DNA of 64,000 bases, taken from NCBI GenBank assembly GCA_965223415.1, contig OZ245002.1, positions 2,048,001 through 2,112,000 on the forward strand, written 5' to 3'. The notes under the pieces were generated by a model. The model ran no database searches and was not told the DNA's origin. It saw only the letters and a list, made by a program, of their open reading frames with translations. Below, in pieces: positions 48,362 to 57,792 of this stretch (the stretch's first letter is position 1; each line of letters starts with the position of its first letter). The DNA is from Myxococcota bacterium (GTDB lineage Bacteria; Myxococcota_A; UBA9160; UBA6930). The position numbers and the translations under genes were made by a program.

Positions 48362-49222
48362 ATGGTCGATCCCGCCGCCTCCGCACGGGCGGCCTACGCG
48401 CGGGAGCTCGCCGAAGCCGTGGGCTTCCGCACTCCGGGCCTCGAGGCGGCGTTCGCGGCGGTGCCCCGCGACGCCTTCGTCGGGCGCGGCCCGTGGCAGG
48501 TGATCGAGCTGGAGCTCGGAGGCGAGCCCACCCGGACCCCCGACGACGATCCGGCCCACCTGCACCGCAACGTGCTGGTGGTGCTGGACGCCGAGCGCGA
48601 GATCAACAGCGGCGAGCCGCGGCTGCTGGCGGGCTGGCTCGACACCCTCGGTCTCGCACCGGGCCGGCGCATGCTCCACGTCGGCTGCGGCGTCGGCTAC
48701 TACACGGCCGTGGCGGCGCAGCTCGTCGGCTCGAGCGGTCGCGTGCTCGGAGTGGAGGCGGAGCCCGACCTGGCATCGCGGGCACGCAACAGCCTCGCGC
48801 CGTGGCCCTGGGCCGAGGTGGTGGAAGGGGACGCTTCGCGGCTCGGCGGCACGCGCTTCGAGGCGATCCTGACGAACGCCGGCGTGACGCACGTGCCACC
48901 CGTGTGGTGCGACGCGCTCGCCGAAGGAGGTCGCTGGCTCCTGCCGATGACCGTGGACCTGCCGGCCTCGAAGTTCGGCGCCGGCTGGTCCCTCGTGATC
49001 GAACGCCGCCCGGGGCTGCGCTGGGGCGCGGCCTTCCAGGCGCCGGTGGGCATCTTCCCCTGTCTCGGTGCCCGCGACGAGCACGCCCAGCAAGCGCTCC
49101 GGAAGGCGTTCGAAGCCGGCGGCCACGATGCAGTGTGCAGCCTGCGCCTCGATCTCCACGATCCCGAGCCGAGCTGCTGGCTGCACGGTGAGGACGGGTG
49201 CCTGAGTCGGCTACCGGTCTAG
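48362..49222 (+). CDS. Protein-L-isoaspartate O-methyltransferase family
   Basis: AFAAVPR..F, LHVGCGVGYYTA. Confidence 0.85.
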   Translation: MVDPAASARAAYARELAEAVGFRTPGLEAAFAAVPRDAFVGRGPWQVIELELGGEPTRTPDDDPAHLHRNVLVVLDAEREINSGEPRLLAGWLDTLGLAPGRRMLHVGCGVGYYTAVAAQLVGSSGRVLGVEAEPDLASRARNSLAPWPWAEVVEGDASRLGGTRFEAILTNAGVTHVPPVWCDALAEGGRWLLPMTVDLPASKFGAGWSLVIERRPGLRWGAAFQAPVGIFPCLGARDEHAQQALRKAFEAGGHDAVCSLRLDLHDPEPSCWLHGEDGCLSRLPV

Positions 49223-49332
49223 ACTCGGGAGAATGGCGGTCCTCCCCCGGGCGAGACGCTTCGAGCTCCGCTGGGTGTTTGACGGCGGCTCCAGCGGGGC
49301 CAATCCTTTGCGGGCGTCCATCGGAGGGGCAC

Positions 49333-49707
49333 ATGGGATTCCTGCTTCGCATGGCGATCACGGCGCTGGGCCTGTGGCTGGCCGCGCGCTGGGTACCGGG
49401 GCTCCGGATTCCGGCCGACGCGACGCTGGCGATCGCAGCCCTGCTGCTGGGGTTCGTCAACGCGACGGTGCGACCGATCGCCGTGTTCCTCACCTTTCCG
49501 ATCACCGTGGTCACGCTCGGTCTCTTCCTCTGGGTCGTGAACGCGGGCATGCTCGGGCTGGTCGCGTGGGTACTGCGCGATTTCCAGATCGCCGGGCTGG
49601 GCTCGGCGCTGCTCGGCTCCCTGGTCGTCAGCGTCACGAGCTGGCTCGGCTCCTGGTTCATCGGGCCGAAGGGACGCTACGAGGTGATGGTGGTGCGGCG
49701 TGGCTGA
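49333..49707 (+). CDS. Phage holin family (YvlD-like) membrane protein
   Basis: LLG.VNA.VRP....LT.P....TLGLF..VVNA. Confidence 0.85.
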   Translation: MGFLLRMAITALGLWLAARWVPGLRIPADATLAIAALLLGFVNATVRPIAVFLTFPITVVTLGLFLWVVNAGMLGLVAWVLRDFQIAGLGSALLGSLVVSVTSWLGSWFIGPKGRYEVMVVRRG

Positions 49708-50140
49708 CCGGGCTCGGAAGCCGCCAAACATCGACGAGGTGGGCAACCTGGTGCTGCTGAAGCAGGTGCTGGATCTGCTGGCGGCGCCCGGCCCGGCACA
49801 GCTCGCCGCCTATCCTGTGGATCGCGAGGCCGGGCGGGAGATCGCCCTCTTGTTCGATGACGCGCTCGCGCGGGTGCGGCCCGTCTTCTGGCCGAGCTTC
49901 CCGCCCGAGGCGCGCGATGCGTTGCTCGCCATCCGACGCGGGCTCGACGCGGCGCCCCGCTCGGACGAGGCGGTGCTGGAAGGCGAAGCCTGGCGCGAGC
50001 TCCGCGAGCTGGCCGCCCGGGCCACGCCGATCCCGAGCTGGCTGCCTTCGGCGCCGCGAGGCTGGCGCGACCAGATCGTCCGCCACCGCGGCAGGCTCCG
50101 GCTGCGCCGCCAGGTGCAGGAGGAGCTGGCATGCCCGTAG
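49700..50140 (+). CDS. Hypothetical protein
   Basis: Overlap-coupled to both neighbours. Confidence 0.55.
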   Translation: MADRARKPPNIDEVGNLVLLKQVLDLLAAPGPAQLAAYPVDREAGREIALLFDDALARVRPVFWPSFPPEARDALLAIRRGLDAAPRSDEAVLEGEAWRELRELAARATPIPSWLPSAPRGWRDQIVRHRGRLRLRRQVQEELACP

Positions 50141-50523
50141 CCATCACAGCGCTCTACGCCGCGCTCCTCGGTGGGCTGCAGATCGTGCTGCAGCAGCTGG
50201 TGGGTCGCGAGCGGCTGCGGGTGGGCGTCTCGCTGGGCGACGGCGACGACGTGGGGCTTCGCGAGGCGATGCGGCGCCACGGCAACTTCCTGGAGCAGGT
50301 GCCGCTCGCCCTGCTCCTGATCGCTCTGGCCGAGCTGAACGGCGCCGCGCCAGCGTGGATCCACGGCCTCGGCGGGGGCCTGCTGGTGAGCCGGCTCGCG
50401 CACCCCTGGGGCGTGAAGCAGGAGGACGCGCGGCAGCTCCCGCGTTTCCTCGGAGCCCTCGGCACCCTGCTCGTGCAGATCGCCGCGGTGGCGCTCCTGC
50501 TCTGGCAGGTGGTCGGTGGCTGA
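50131..50523 (+). CDS. MAPEG family protein
   Basis: RRHGNFLEQVP, RLAH. Confidence 0.9.
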   Translation: MPVAITALYAALLGGLQIVLQQLVGRERLRVGVSLGDGDDVGLREAMRRHGNFLEQVPLALLLIALAELNGAAPAWIHGLGGGLLVSRLAHPWGVKQEDARQLPRFLGALGTLLVQIAAVALLLWQVVGG

Positions 50524-51175
50524 GATGCGCGTCGAGTCGCTGAACCGGAGCGGGGTGGAGACGGTTTGCTTCGCCGACGGCGGCGAGATCCGGAGCGGCA
50601 TCTGCAAGCGGCCGCAGCAGGGGCCCGTGCGGGTCGGCCCGGAAGGTCTGACGGGCGACGAGGTGCACGATCGCCGGTTCCACGGCGGGCCGAATCGCGC
50701 GCTGCACGCGTTCGCCCTCGAGGGCTACCGGGCGCTCGAGGAGGCGTCCGGCGCAGCCCTGCCCGTGCCCTGCTTCGGCGAGAACCTCACCGTCGGCGGC
50801 CTCACCGAGGTGGATGTCCGGCCCGGCGATGTCTGGCAGGTCGGGAGCGCACGGCTCCAGGTGACGATGCCCACCGAGCGCTGCGCCCATCCGGGCCGGC
50901 TGGCCGGGCATCCGCGCATCTTGTCGTGGGTCGTTCGCGACGGGCGCTGCGGCTGGTACCTGCGCGTCCTCGAGCCGGGCCTGCTGGAGACGGGCGACGC
51001 CATCGCCCGGGCCGAGCGCGGCCCCGAGGGCCCGACGCTTCTCGACCTCCACATCTGGATGCGCGACCAGGCCGGCGACCCGGACATCCTGCGCCAGATC
51101 GAGGCCCACCCCGCCCTTGCCCCCGAGTGGAAGGAGCGCATGCGCATCCTCCACGCCCGCCGCCGCAAGCCCTGA
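50516..51175 (+). CDS. MOSC domain protein (YiiM-like)
   Basis: SGICK, GL.GD....R.HGG, FGENL, GWYLRVLEPG. Confidence 0.9.
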   Translation: MAEMRVESLNRSGVETVCFADGGEIRSGICKRPQQGPVRVGPEGLTGDEVHDRRFHGGPNRALHAFALEGYRALEEASGAALPVPCFGENLTVGGLTEVDVRPGDVWQVGSARLQVTMPTERCAHPGRLAGHPRILSWVVRDGRCGWYLRVLEPGLLETGDAIARAERGPEGPTLLDLHIWMRDQAGDPDILRQIEAHPALAPEWKERMRILHARRRKP

Positions 51176-51181
51176 CCCGGA

Positions 51182-51255
51182 AACGCAAGAGTGGGGACGT
51201 TCCTTGCATCTTGCGCAAAAGCGCAAGATGCAAGGAACGTCCCCACTCTTGCGTT
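51182..51255. repeat. REP/REPIN-like perfect palindrome, copy 2
   Basis: 35-bp perfect arms, AAAA loop; shares GCAAGAG(G/T)GGGGACGTTCCTTGCATCTTGCG with copy 1. Confidence 0.93.
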
Positions 51256-51274
51256 CTCTATGCTTGGTGGCGGG

Positions 51275-51778
51275 ATGGAAGCGGAAGCGGTCACCTGGGC
51301 GTTGCTGGTGCTCTCGTTCCTGCTGGTCGTGGTGGGACTGGCGGGGATGATCCTGCCCGCGATCCCCGGGGCGCCGGTCCTGTTCGGAGGGTTGGCGCTC
51401 GCGGCCTGGGCCGAGGGGTTCGCCCACGTCGGCTACGGCACGCTCGCGGTGCTCGGGGTGCTGGCGCTGCTCAGCTACGCGGTGGACTTCGCTGCGGGTG
51501 CGTTCGGTGCCAAGCGCTTCGGCGCGTCGCGCCGGGGGATGGTCGGCGCGGCCCTCGGCGCCCTGGTCGGGCTCTTCTTCGGCCTGCCCGGTGTGTTGGT
51601 CGGGCCCTTCGCCGGTGCGGTGCTCGGGGAGCTCTCGGGCCAACGCCGCCTCGACGAGGCCGGCCGCGCCGGCGTCGGAGCGTCGCTGGGGCTCGTCCTC
51701 GGCGCCGCCGCCAAGCTGGCCCTCGCCTTCTCGATGCTCGGGATCTTCCTCGCGGTCCGCATCGCGGGCACCCTGTAG
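51275..51778 (+). CDS. DUF456 membrane protein
   Basis: G.ILPAIPG, GAKRFGAS, GPF.GA..GE. Confidence 0.85.
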   Translation: MEAEAVTWALLVLSFLLVVVGLAGMILPAIPGAPVLFGGLALAAWAEGFAHVGYGTLAVLGVLALLSYAVDFAAGAFGAKRFGASRRGMVGAALGALVGLFFGLPGVLVGPFAGAVLGELSGQRRLDEAGRAGVGASLGLVLGAAAKLALAFSMLGIFLAVRIAGTL

Positions 51779-51797
51779 GGGGTGGTAGCCTCTCGCC

Positions 51798-52457
51798 ATG
51801 GCCGCCTCTCCCCGCACCCTCGGCGCCGTCCTCCACGAGGACTTCGAGCTGCTCGATCTCTACGGCCCCCTCGAGATGTTCGGCAGCCTCGGCGACGACG
51901 TCCGCATCATCACCGTCGCCGAGAGCAAAGGCCCGGTGAAGTCGACGCCCGGTCCCTGCACTGTGGCAGAGGCCGACTTCGCGAGCTGCCCGCCCCTCGA
52001 CCTCCTGCTGGTTCCCGGTGGCATCGGCACGGTGGCCCAGCTCGCCAACGAGCCCATCCTGGGCTTCCTGCGCGAGCGTTGCGCGAAGGCGGAGGTGACG
52101 ATGTCGGTCTGCTCCGGCTCGGCGCTCCTCGCCCGCGCCGGCGTGCTCGACGGCCGCCGCGCCACGTCGAACAAGATGTTCTTCGACCTCGCTCGCGGCC
52201 AGAGCGGCGCGGTGGATTGGGTGACCGAGGCGCGCTGGGTGGAGGACGGCCCCTTCGTCACCTCGTCGGGCGTGTCCGCCGGCACGGACATGGCCCTGGC
52301 CGTGATCGCGCGCCTCTACGGCCGGGAGCGCGCAGAGCAGGTGGCCATCTACACCGAGTACGAGTGGCAGACCGACGCCGATCGCGATCCCTTCGCGAAG
52401 TACCTGAACCGGGCGGCGGAGCTGGGCCTCGTCCCCGGCGCGGACGCGAGCGGGTGA
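51798..52457 (+). CDS. DJ-1/PfpI family protein
   Basis: ELLD..GP.E.F, VPGG.G, SVCSG, TSSGVSAG.D. Confidence 0.9.
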   Translation: MAASPRTLGAVLHEDFELLDLYGPLEMFGSLGDDVRIITVAESKGPVKSTPGPCTVAEADFASCPPLDLLLVPGGIGTVAQLANEPILGFLRERCAKAEVTMSVCSGSALLARAGVLDGRRATSNKMFFDLARGQSGAVDWVTEARWVEDGPFVTSSGVSAGTDMALAVIARLYGRERAEQVAIYTEYEWQTDADRDPFAKYLNRAAELGLVPGADASG

Positions 52458-52687
52458 ACGCGACCCTGCGGCGCTTCCTCCTCTCCTGGCACTGGATCTG
52501 GGTGATCGGCGCGGCGGCGGTCGCCTGGGCGTCGCTCTGGCTGGGTGATCCCCGGCCGCTGCTGGTGGTGCTCTGGTGGATGGGCTTCGTGGCCCTCGGC
52601 GGCATCCTGTTCGCCGGCGTGATCGGTGGCCTGGTCGTGCTGGTCGTGGGGATCCGCCAGAACCTCCGCAGGAACCGGAAGGGCTGA
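52454..52687 (+). CDS. Small membrane protein
   Basis: GTGA overlap; hydrophobic. Confidence 0.6.
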   Translation: MNATLRRFLLSWHWIWVIGAAAVAWASLWLGDPRPLLVVLWWMGFVALGGILFAGVIGGLVVLVVGIRQNLRRNRKG

Positions 52688-52700
52688 GGAAAGGGAACCC

Positions 52701-53087
52701 ATGGCGACGCGCATCTTCCTCGGCCTGATGGCGGTGGTCTGGCTGCCCTACGGCCTGGTCTGTCTCCTGCAGCCCGAGACCCTCGAAGCGGGAGGCCTGA
52801 CGTTCGCCTCCGCCACCGGCTCGACCGAGGTTCGTGCCATGTACGGCGGGCTCCAGGCCGCGCTCGGCACGTGGGCGGCGTACGGGGCCTGGCGCCCCGC
52901 GGCCGCCCGCCCGGTGCTGCTGGCGCTCGCGGTGCTGACCGGCGGGCTCGCCAGTGCTCGCTTGCTCGGTGTGCTCCTCGACGGGGGCGTCGGCACCTAC
53001 ACCGGAGGTGCCCTGGTCTTCGAACTCGTCATCGTCGCGGCCAGCAGCGCCCTGCTCCGGGGCGCGCCCCGCGAGCCGGCGGCGTGA
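52701..53087 (+). CDS. DUF4345-like membrane protein
   Basis: EVRAMYGG...ARLLG...DG. Confidence 0.78.
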   Translation: MATRIFLGLMAVVWLPYGLVCLLQPETLEAGGLTFASATGSTEVRAMYGGLQAALGTWAAYGAWRPAAARPVLLALAVLTGGLASARLLGVLLDGGVGTYTGGALVFELVIVAASSALLRGAPREPAA

Positions 53088-53100
53088 GTCCCTCGCGCCC

Positions 53101-53283
53101 GTGACGGAATGGATCCGCCAGCACCCGGTGATCGCGGGCATCCTCGCCGTCGCTGCAATCGCGGGCGCCGTGGTCGGCCTGCTCTACCTCGACCCGACCT
53201 GGAGCGCCGGGCGGCGCATCGCGGCGGGTGGGCTGGCGGGCGGCGGCATCGGCTTCCTGATGACCGCGACCAGGATGCTCTGA
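53101..53283 (+). CDS. Small membrane protein
   Basis: Two TM segments; GTG start. Confidence 0.55.
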   Translation: MTEWIRQHPVIAGILAVAAIAGAVVGLLYLDPTWSAGRRIAAGGLAGGGIGFLMTATRML

Positions 53284-53811
53284 TCAGAGCTGCTCGATCT
53301 CGAGGACCGTCCACTCGTCGCCGAAGCGCTTCCGCGTCCTCAGCCGCGCGTCGGCCTCGTCGTTCGCCTGCACGTAGAGCTTGCGGGTGCGGGGGCCGCC
53401 CTCGTGTCGCAGCCGCATCAGGAACGTGAACGCAGGTGCCTCGGCGGCGGCAGCCGCGGCGGTCCTGGGCGCCGCGCGCCGCGCCGACGAGGGGTCCATC
53501 ACGAGCCCGAAGTAGGAAGGCGGCGCGTTGCGGATCGCCAGGCCCATCCCCCCCTTCGCGAGGGTCCGGAGATGGGAGGCCACGGTCCGGCGCCACACCA
53601 CCTGGGCGTCGATCTCGATGGGTTGCGGGAGCTGAGCCGGGTTCAGGTGCACCCGCACGCTCTCGCCGGGCCGGCCCGGTGCGCCCGTCTGCACGAACAG
53701 GCCGCGCCGGGAGACGTTCAAGACCATGGCCGAGGTGGAGCTGCCTCCAACCGTGACCCGGCACGGGACCCGCTTCTTGAACCTCGGATCCCGCTGTGCC
53801 TCGACGCCCAT
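53284..53811 (-). CDS. PilZ domain protein
   Basis: QRDPR...NVSRRGLFV...VVW...GMG. Confidence 0.8.
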   Translation of the reverse strand: MGVEAQRDPRFKKRVPCRVTVGGSSTSAMVLNVSRRGLFVQTGAPGRPGESVRVHLNPAQLPQPIEIDAQVVWRRTVASHLRTLAKGGMGLAIRNAPPSYFGLVMDPSSARRAAPRTAAAAAAEAPAFTFLMRLRHEGGPRTRKLYVQANDEADARLRTRKRFGDEWTVLEIEQL

Positions 53812-53905
53812 TCCGTCCTCCCCGCACCTCGACTTCGGAGACCTCGGCGTTTCCCTTGAGGCGGAGCTGGCCGGCCCGCGACCCGGGTGCCATGCTGGCC
53901 GGATC

Positions 53906-54433
53906 ATGGGTGTTCGTCGACTTGCCGCGTTCTGGGTCCTCCTCCTCGTGTTCGGCTGTGGCACTTTCGCATCATCTCCCGAACGGGTGACGGAGGGCTT
54001 CTGGGAGGCCGTCGCCCACGGCGACCTCGACGACGCGAAAGCCCACTCCACCGAGCTGGACCTGCGCCGCCTGACGAGGCTCGCCGAGCAGCACGCCATC
54101 GAGGGCGTCGAGATCGGCGAGGTCCTCACCCGCGGCGACGTCGCGGAGGTGGCGACCACCCTGCGGCGAGCGGAGGACGAGGCGATCACCTTCCACACCC
54201 AGCTCCGACGCTACGACGCAGGCTGGCGGGTCGACGCCCCGTCCAGCGCGACGGCCCTGCGCGAGGCGATCGCCGAGGAAGCGCTCTCGGACCTGCGCGA
54301 CGCCTTCAGCGAAGGCGCCGGTGCGATCGGCGAGGCGGTGGAGCAGGGCCTCGAAGAGGCGACCGACGCGATGCGCGAGGCCCTGGACGGGCTCGAGCGG
54401 GGCCGGCAGGAGCGTCGCTCGCCGGCGCCTTGA
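53906..54433 (+). CDS. Hypothetical lipoprotein
   Basis: Lipobox VFGC; GWRVD. Confidence 0.65.
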   Translation: MGVRRLAAFWVLLLVFGCGTFASSPERVTEGFWEAVAHGDLDDAKAHSTELDLRRLTRLAEQHAIEGVEIGEVLTRGDVAEVATTLRRAEDEAITFHTQLRRYDAGWRVDAPSSATALREAIAEEALSDLRDAFSEGAGAIGEAVEQGLEEATDAMREALDGLERGRQERRSPAP

Positions 54434-54439
54434 GTCTCG

Positions 54440-54985
54440 ATGCCGACCGCGTTCACCCACGCCTTGGTCGGTGGGCTCGTCGCTGGAGCCACCCGGGCCG
54501 AGCTTCCGCGCGGACGCCTCGTCCTCCTGCTCGCGACGCTGGCGGTGCTGCCGGACCTCGATGTCGTCGCCTTCTCCCTCGGCATCCCCTACGGCCACCC
54601 GCTCGGGCACCGCGGCCTCACCCACTCGCTGCCCTTCGCGCTCGCGCTGGCACCCGTCGCGACCGCACTGGTGTTCCCCCACCTCCCGCGTTTCGGGCCG
54701 ACCTGGTGGCGGGTGGTGGCGGGGGCCGCCCTGGCCTGCGCGTCCCACGGCGTTCTCGACGCCTTCACCGACGGCGGGCGCGGGGTCGGCTTCTTCGTTC
54801 CCTTCGACTCGCGGCGCTTCTTCTTCCCCTGGCGGCCGCTCATCGTGTCGCCGATCGGTGTCGGCTCCTTCCTGGGGCGGGCCACGCCGATCCTGTGGAA
54901 CGAGATCCTGTGGGTGTGGCTGCCGGCCCTGGTCCTGGCCGTCGCCTGGCGGCTCAGTCGTCGCCGGCCATCTCGGGGCGCATGA
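54440..54985 (+). CDS. YdjM-like metal-dependent hydrolase
   Basis: LPDLD, HRGLTHS, SHGVLDAFT. Confidence 0.9.
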   Translation: MPTAFTHALVGGLVAGATRAELPRGRLVLLLATLAVLPDLDVVAFSLGIPYGHPLGHRGLTHSLPFALALAPVATALVFPHLPRFGPTWWRVVAGAALACASHGVLDAFTDGGRGVGFFVPFDSRRFFFPWRPLIVSPIGVGSFLGRATPILWNEILWVWLPALVLAVAWRLSRRRPSRGA

Positions 54986-55955
54986 CCGGGCCCGCGCGGT
55001 TGCGTCCGCCTTCCTTCGCCTCGTAGAGGGAGGCGTCCGCGGCTCGCAGCACCCCGGCCGGGTCTGCGCTGCCGGAGTTCGGCGCGACCACGGCGATGCC
55101 CAGGCTCACCGTCACGACGCCGTGGCGGGACGGCTCGTGGGGAATCTGCAGGGCTTCGACGGCGCCGCGGATCCGCTCGGCGGAGGCCACGGCGTCGTCC
55201 GCTTCGGTCTCTGGAAGGGCGACCACGAACTCCTCGCCGCCGAAGCGATAGAGCACGTCCGATCCGCGGATGGCCGAGTGGGCGGCGCCCACCAGATCGC
55301 CCAGCGCCGCGTCGGCCTCCGGGTGACCGTAGTGGTCGTTGAGCTTCTTGAACTCGTCGATGTCGAACATGATGAGTGCGAAGCCGCGACCGAAGCGCTC
55401 GGCCAGGGCCTGCTGCCGGTCGAGCTCCTTGTCGAGGGCGCGCCGGTTGCCCACGCCGAGCATGGGATCGACGAGGGCCATGTGCTCCAGCCGCTCGTTC
55501 AGCATCCGGAGCTGCTCGGTGCGCATGGCGACGTGCTCCTCGAGCTGGTCGCGCTCCCGCTCGAGGGCCAGGGCCTGGGCCTGGACCAGGTTGCTCTCGG
55601 TGATGAGACCGATCATCCCGCCGTCCCCGCCGACGATGATCACGCGTCGGATCTTGCGGCGGTCGAGCAGGCGAATTGCCGCCTCCACCGACGCCTCCTC
55701 GTGGAGGGTGATCGCCGGAGAGGTCATCAGCTCGCTGGCGATGCGGGGCAGGGGCTCTCCGTGCGCCTGGTCGGCCAGGGCCTCGACCACGTCCCGCTCG
55801 CTGATCACGCCCACCGGCAGCCAGTCCTCGATCACCGGAATGCAGGAGAGCCTCTGCTTTCGCATGCTCTCCAGCACGTCCACGAGCGGCGTGTTCCTCG
55901 TCGCCGTCTCGATGTGCCGGGTCATGACCTCGGCGAGCTTCACCGGCTCCATCAT
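54954..55955 (-). CDS. CBS-pair diguanylate cyclase
   Basis: Two CBS domains, coiled coil, DIDEFK..ND.YGH, RFGGEEF. Confidence 0.92.
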   Translation of the reverse strand: MMEPVKLAEVMTRHIETATRNTPLVDVLESMRKQRLSCIPVIEDWLPVGVISERDVVEALADQAHGEPLPRIASELMTSPAITLHEEASVEAAIRLLDRRKIRRVIIVGGDGGMIGLITESNLVQAQALALERERDQLEEHVAMRTEQLRMLNERLEHMALVDPMLGVGNRRALDKELDRQQALAERFGRGFALIMFDIDEFKKLNDHYGHPEADAALGDLVGAAHSAIRGSDVLYRFGGEEFVVALPETEADDAVASAERIRGAVEALQIPHEPSRHGVVTVSLGIAVVAPNSGSADPAGVLRAADASLYEAKEGGRNRAGPVMRPEMAGDD

Positions 55956-56596
55956 CGACCTCCTTCCGCGTTGCGGCGCTTCGCATCGCGATGGCGCCGG
56001 GCTTCCTCGCGGTAGATCCAACGGCGTAGCGCGGCCTGCTCTTCCAGGTCGGCGCCGACGAACTCGAAGCCCACGATCCGGCTGGCTCCCCGCGCATCGA
56101 CGCGCACCACCCGGGCCTGTAGCTCGAAGCTCCCCTCCCCCTGGAGATGGAAGCCACAGGTGACGATCTCTCCCGGCGCGAGCTCGGACCGCTCGCGTCC
56201 AGCGGCGCCTCCGGCGCTGACGTCGACCATCTGGAGCTTCTCGCGCTCGGGCGGCTGGTCCCGTCGGCCGTGGCGCTCCACCTCGAGCGCGACGTCGTAG
56301 GTGGTGAGCCGCACGTGGGAGCGGCGCTGGCTGCGCCGCCAGGAGCCCACTCGCCGCAGGACGAGGGTCTCCGGCGGGACGAGCTCGACCCGGGCGGGGG
56401 CGACGTACTGGGCGTCGCCGGGGACGACGTGCACCATCTTCACCATCTCGCCGGGCGCTCCCGGCTCCTCGATCCCGCTGATCCAGATCAAGCCGTCACT
56501 TACGCGCACGACGATGGCGGAGCGGAGCGGGTCGCCGGCTTCGCCGAGGAGCACCAGACGACTGCCGGTCGACAGCTTCGGCGACTCCGTGCCCAT
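55952..56596 (-). CDS. PilZ domain protein (YcgR-like)
   Basis: QRRSHVR and DVSAGG c-di-GMP motifs. Confidence 0.87.
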   Translation of the reverse strand: MGTESPKLSTGSRLVLLGEAGDPLRSAIVVRVSDGLIWISGIEEPGAPGEMVKMVHVVPGDAQYVAPARVELVPPETLVLRRVGSWRRSQRRSHVRLTTYDVALEVERHGRRDQPPEREKLQMVDVSAGGAAGRERSELAPGEIVTCGFHLQGEGSFELQARVVRVDARGASRIVGFEFVGADLEEQAALRRWIYREEARRHRDAKRRNAEGGR

Positions 56597-56778
56597 GGCC
56601 GTTGGTTCGGCGCCCGATGTGCAGAAGTTGATCGGGCCAACACCCGAGACGGCTGGGCGAATCACCGAGGGGGAGATCGCGGGGGAGGTTCCTTCCTGTC
56701 GTGGTGTTCGTTCTGCAACGTCTCGTCTTGCGTTCTGGGAGACGGGGAAGCTGGTCGGGCGCGACGACGGTCCCGGCC

Positions 56779-56794
56779 GGGCACCGATCTTGCG
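56779..56794 (+). promoter_or_regulatory. Putative sigma-54 promoter
   Basis: GGCAC-N5-TTGC about 45 nt upstream of pseB. Confidence 0.6.
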
Positions 56795-56838
56795 TAGCTC
56801 CTGCGCATCCGTGACGCATCGTCAGGGCAGGGGGGAAC

Positions 56839-57792
56839 GTGCTCCAGATCCTACTCACCGGTGGAACGGGCTCCTTCGGCCACGCCTTCGCTCGGCGGAT
56901 GCTCCGGGAGCGCGACGACTGCATGATCCGCATCTACAGTCGCGACGAGCTGAAGCAGGCCGAGATGCTCCGCCGCTTCGACGACGACGAGCGTCTGCGC
57001 TTCCTCATCGGCGACGTGCGGGATCGGGTGCGCCTGCGGCGGGCAATGAGCGACGTCGACGTTGTCGTGCACGCTGCCGCCATGAAGCAGGTGCCGATCT
57101 GCGAGTACAACCCGGCCGAGGCGGTGAAGACCAACGTCATGGGCGGCATGAACGTCCTCGAATGCTGCCTGGACGCCGGTGTGCCGAAGGCGATCGCCCT
57201 CTCGACCGACAAGGCGGTGAACCCGGTCAACATCTACGGCGCCACGAAGCTGTGCATGGAGAAGCTCTTCATCCATGGCAACGCCTACGCGGGCGGCAGC
57301 GATACCCGCTTCGCGGTGGTTCGCTACGGCAACGTGGTCGGGAGCCGGGGAAGCGTGATCCCGCTCTTCCTCCAGCAGGCGGCGGACGGCGTCATGACCG
57401 TGACGGACCGCCGCATGACCCGTTTCTGGATCTCCCTGGAGCAGGCGGTGGAGCTGGTGCTGCTGGCGATGGAGGACATGCAGGGCGAGGAGACCTTCGT
57501 GCCCAAGATCCCCAGCATGCGCATCGTCGATCTGGCCAAGGCAGTCCGTTCCGACGCGATGATCAAGGAGATCGGCATCCGGCCCGGCGAGAAGATGCAC
57601 GAGGTTCTGCTCACCGCCGACGAGGCACGGCACGCCCGGGATTTCGAGACCCACTTCGTGATCGGCGGCAATCCGAAGGGCGGCCGCTCGGTGCCGGAGG
57701 GCTTCGTCTACTCGAGCGACCAGAACTCGCTCTGGCTCACGGTCGAGAGGCTCTCGGAGCTGATCGAGAGCTGGAAGGTCGGGCGTGGGTGA
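56839..57792 (+). CDS. pseB: UDP-N-acetylglucosamine 4,6-dehydratase (inverting)
   Basis: TGGTGSFG, SRDELKQ, STDKA.NP.N.YGATK, RYGNV.GSRGSV, MTRFWI. Confidence 0.92.
   Translation: MLQILLTGGTGSFGHAFARRMLRERDDCMIRIYSRDELKQAEMLRRFDDDERLRFLIGDVRDRVRLRRAMSDVDVVVHAAAMKQVPICEYNPAEAVKTNVMGGMNVLECCLDAGVPKAIALSTDKAVNPVNIYGATKLCMEKLFIHGNAYAGGSDTRFAVVRYGNVVGSRGSVIPLFLQQAADGVMTVTDRRMTRFWISLEQAVELVLLAMEDMQGEETFVPKIPSMRIVDLAKAVRSDAMIKEIGIRPGEKMHEVLLTADEARHARDFETHFVIGGNPKGGRSVPEGFVYSSDQNSLWLTVERLSELIESWKVGRG

Noticed and set aside
49333..49707. Prophage suggested by holin-family gene (and the SLT at 9821)
   Set aside because: No phage structural, packaging or replication genes; both families are common chromosomal genes.
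56597..56838. c-di-GMP riboswitch in the intergenic region
   Set aside because: No recognisable consensus by eye; an Rfam/Infernal scan would decide.
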